A stretch of DNA of 64,000 nt from Burkholderiales bacterium (GTDB lineage: Bacteria > Pseudomonadota > Gammaproteobacteria > Burkholderiales > SHXO01): contig DAIQQA010000002.1 in the NCBI GenBank assembly GCA_036787045.1, positions 21,277 through 85,276 of the forward strand, read 5' to 3'. Below the pieces are notes generated by a model. It saw nothing but the letters and a program-made list of their open reading frames with translations, did not search any database and was not told the DNA's origin. Of the stretch, positions 63,159 to 64,000 are shown piece after piece; position 1 is the first letter of the stretch; the number at the start of each line of letters is the position of its first letter. A program made the position numbers and the translations under genes.

Positions 63159-64000
63159 TCAGATGTTGAGCGACCGCTTGTGCACGCCGAGCGCAGCCTC
63201 GTGCATGGCCTCGGACAGGGTGGGGTGCGCATGCACGATGCGGGCGATGTCCTCGCTGCTGGCGCCGAACTCCATTGCCACCACCGCCTCTGCGATCAGC
63301 TCCGATGCGTAAGGCCCGATGACGTGGACACCGAGAATGCGGTCGGTCTCGGCATGCGCGAGCATTTTCGCGAAGCCTGCGACCTCTCCCAGCGCCCGCG
63401 CCCGTCCGCTGGCCAGGAAGGGGAACTGGCCGGCGCGATAAGGCACGTTCTCGGCCTTGAGCTGCTGCTCGGTCTTGCCCACCCAGGCGATTTCAGGCGA
63501 GGTGTAGATCACCCATGGAATCGTGTCCAGGTTGACGTGGCTCACCTCGCCGGCGATGGTCTCTGCCGCCGCCACGCCTTCCTCCGAGGACTTGTGAGCA
63601 AGCATGGGACCGCGCACGACGTCGCCTATGGCGTAGACGTTTTGCAGATTGGTGTGGTTCTGTTCGTCCACCTCGATGTAGCCGCGAGCATCGAGCTTGA
63701 GCCCCAGCGCCCCGCCGTTGAGGCCGGCGGTATTCGGAATCCGGCCGATAGCGACGATCAGCTTGTCGAAGTCGGCCATCTGGGTGCTGCCCTCGCGGTC
63801 GGTATAGGTGACCGAGACCCCTTTCTTGGAAGTCTTGACCGATGTGATCTTCACGCCGGTGTAGATCTTGAGGTCCAGCGCGCCGTTGAACACGCGGAAC
63901 GCTTCCTTGGCCACCTGCTCGTCCGCTGCCGGAAGGAAGGCCGGCAGCGCTTCCAGGATGGTTACGTCCGACCCGAGCCGGCGCCAGACGCTGCCCATCT
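63159..64000 (-). CDS. lpdA: dihydrolipoyl dehydrogenase, C-terminal ~280 residues (5' end beyond window)
   Basis: Frame is open to the window edge. AIGDV, the interface domain and HAHPTLSEA (catalytic His-Glu dyad region) are present. Confidence 0.92.
   Translation of the reverse strand, partial: MGSVWRRLGSDVTILEALPAFLPAADEQVAKEAFRVFNGALDLKIYTGVKITSVKTSKKGVSVTYTDREGSTQMADFDKLIVAIGRIPNTAGLNGGALGLKLDARGYIEVDEQNHTNLQNVYAIGDVVRGPMLAHKSSEEGVAAAETIAGEVSHVNLDTIPWVIYTSPEIAWVGKTEQQLKAENVPYRAGQFPFLASGRARALGEVAGFAKMLAHAETDRILGVHVIGPYASELIAEAVVAMEFGASSEDIARIVHAHPTLSEAMHEAALGVHKRSLNI

Overview
This is a GC-rich proteobacterial chromosomal segment. Its synteny looks beta- or basal gamma-proteobacterial: fab cluster, rne/rluC, smc-zipA-ligA, ffs-dnaX-ybaB-recR, lpdA-zapE. 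All gene calls rest on my reading of the ORF-track translations, my own translations, and recalled family motifs; no database search was run.

The window is almost entirely core housekeeping:
- Lipid and translation genes: mltG' (partial), fabF-acpP-fabG-fabD-fabH-plsX-rpmF-yceD, maf, an RsmI-like methylase, sppA, Rieske, HAD, rluC.
- rne, LMW-PTP-uvrB, an AspC/TyrB aminotransferase, an AsmA-like protein, tRNA-Asn, map-glnD.
- A late-flagellar module: fliC-flaG-fliD-fliS-fliT-DUF2802, then a FliK-like and a standalone FlhB-C-domain protein.
- def, mtnP-like, hpt, galU, ligA, zipA, smc, queF, a DMT transporter, dapC-dapD-pilU-dapE, prmB, rluB.
- recR-ybaB-dnaX-ffs(SRP RNA), class I fumarase, acs, tRNA-Ser, hupB.
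- A small accessory islet: a secreted MBL-fold protein with a degenerate metal motif plus two secreted cupin paralogs.
- prpE-acuI, zapE and the 3' part of lpdA.

I found no CRISPR array, IS/transposase, integrase, prophage, toxin-antitoxin pair or recognisable defence system, and I do not claim a novel protein system.

The most unusual signal is non-coding. Seven complete intergenic composite hairpin elements and one half-element have arms made of short purine-rich tandem sub-repeats. The sub-repeat word differs from locus to locus, but within each locus the two arms are reverse complements of each other. That pattern suggests selection on structure, or arm-to-arm homogenisation. These elements bracket prpE and ffs-dnaX, and one forms a 13-nt-phased array just upstream of dapE.

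Secondary observations:
- A duplicated tRNA-Ser 3' end that looks like an att remnant.
- Sigma-28-type promoters for fliC and fliD.
- A FliK-like/FlhB-CC overlapping gene pair.
- An orphan pilU inside the dap cluster.
- A structured rne leader.

Many long ORFs in the track are antisense artefacts of GC-rich coding DNA and were rejected.
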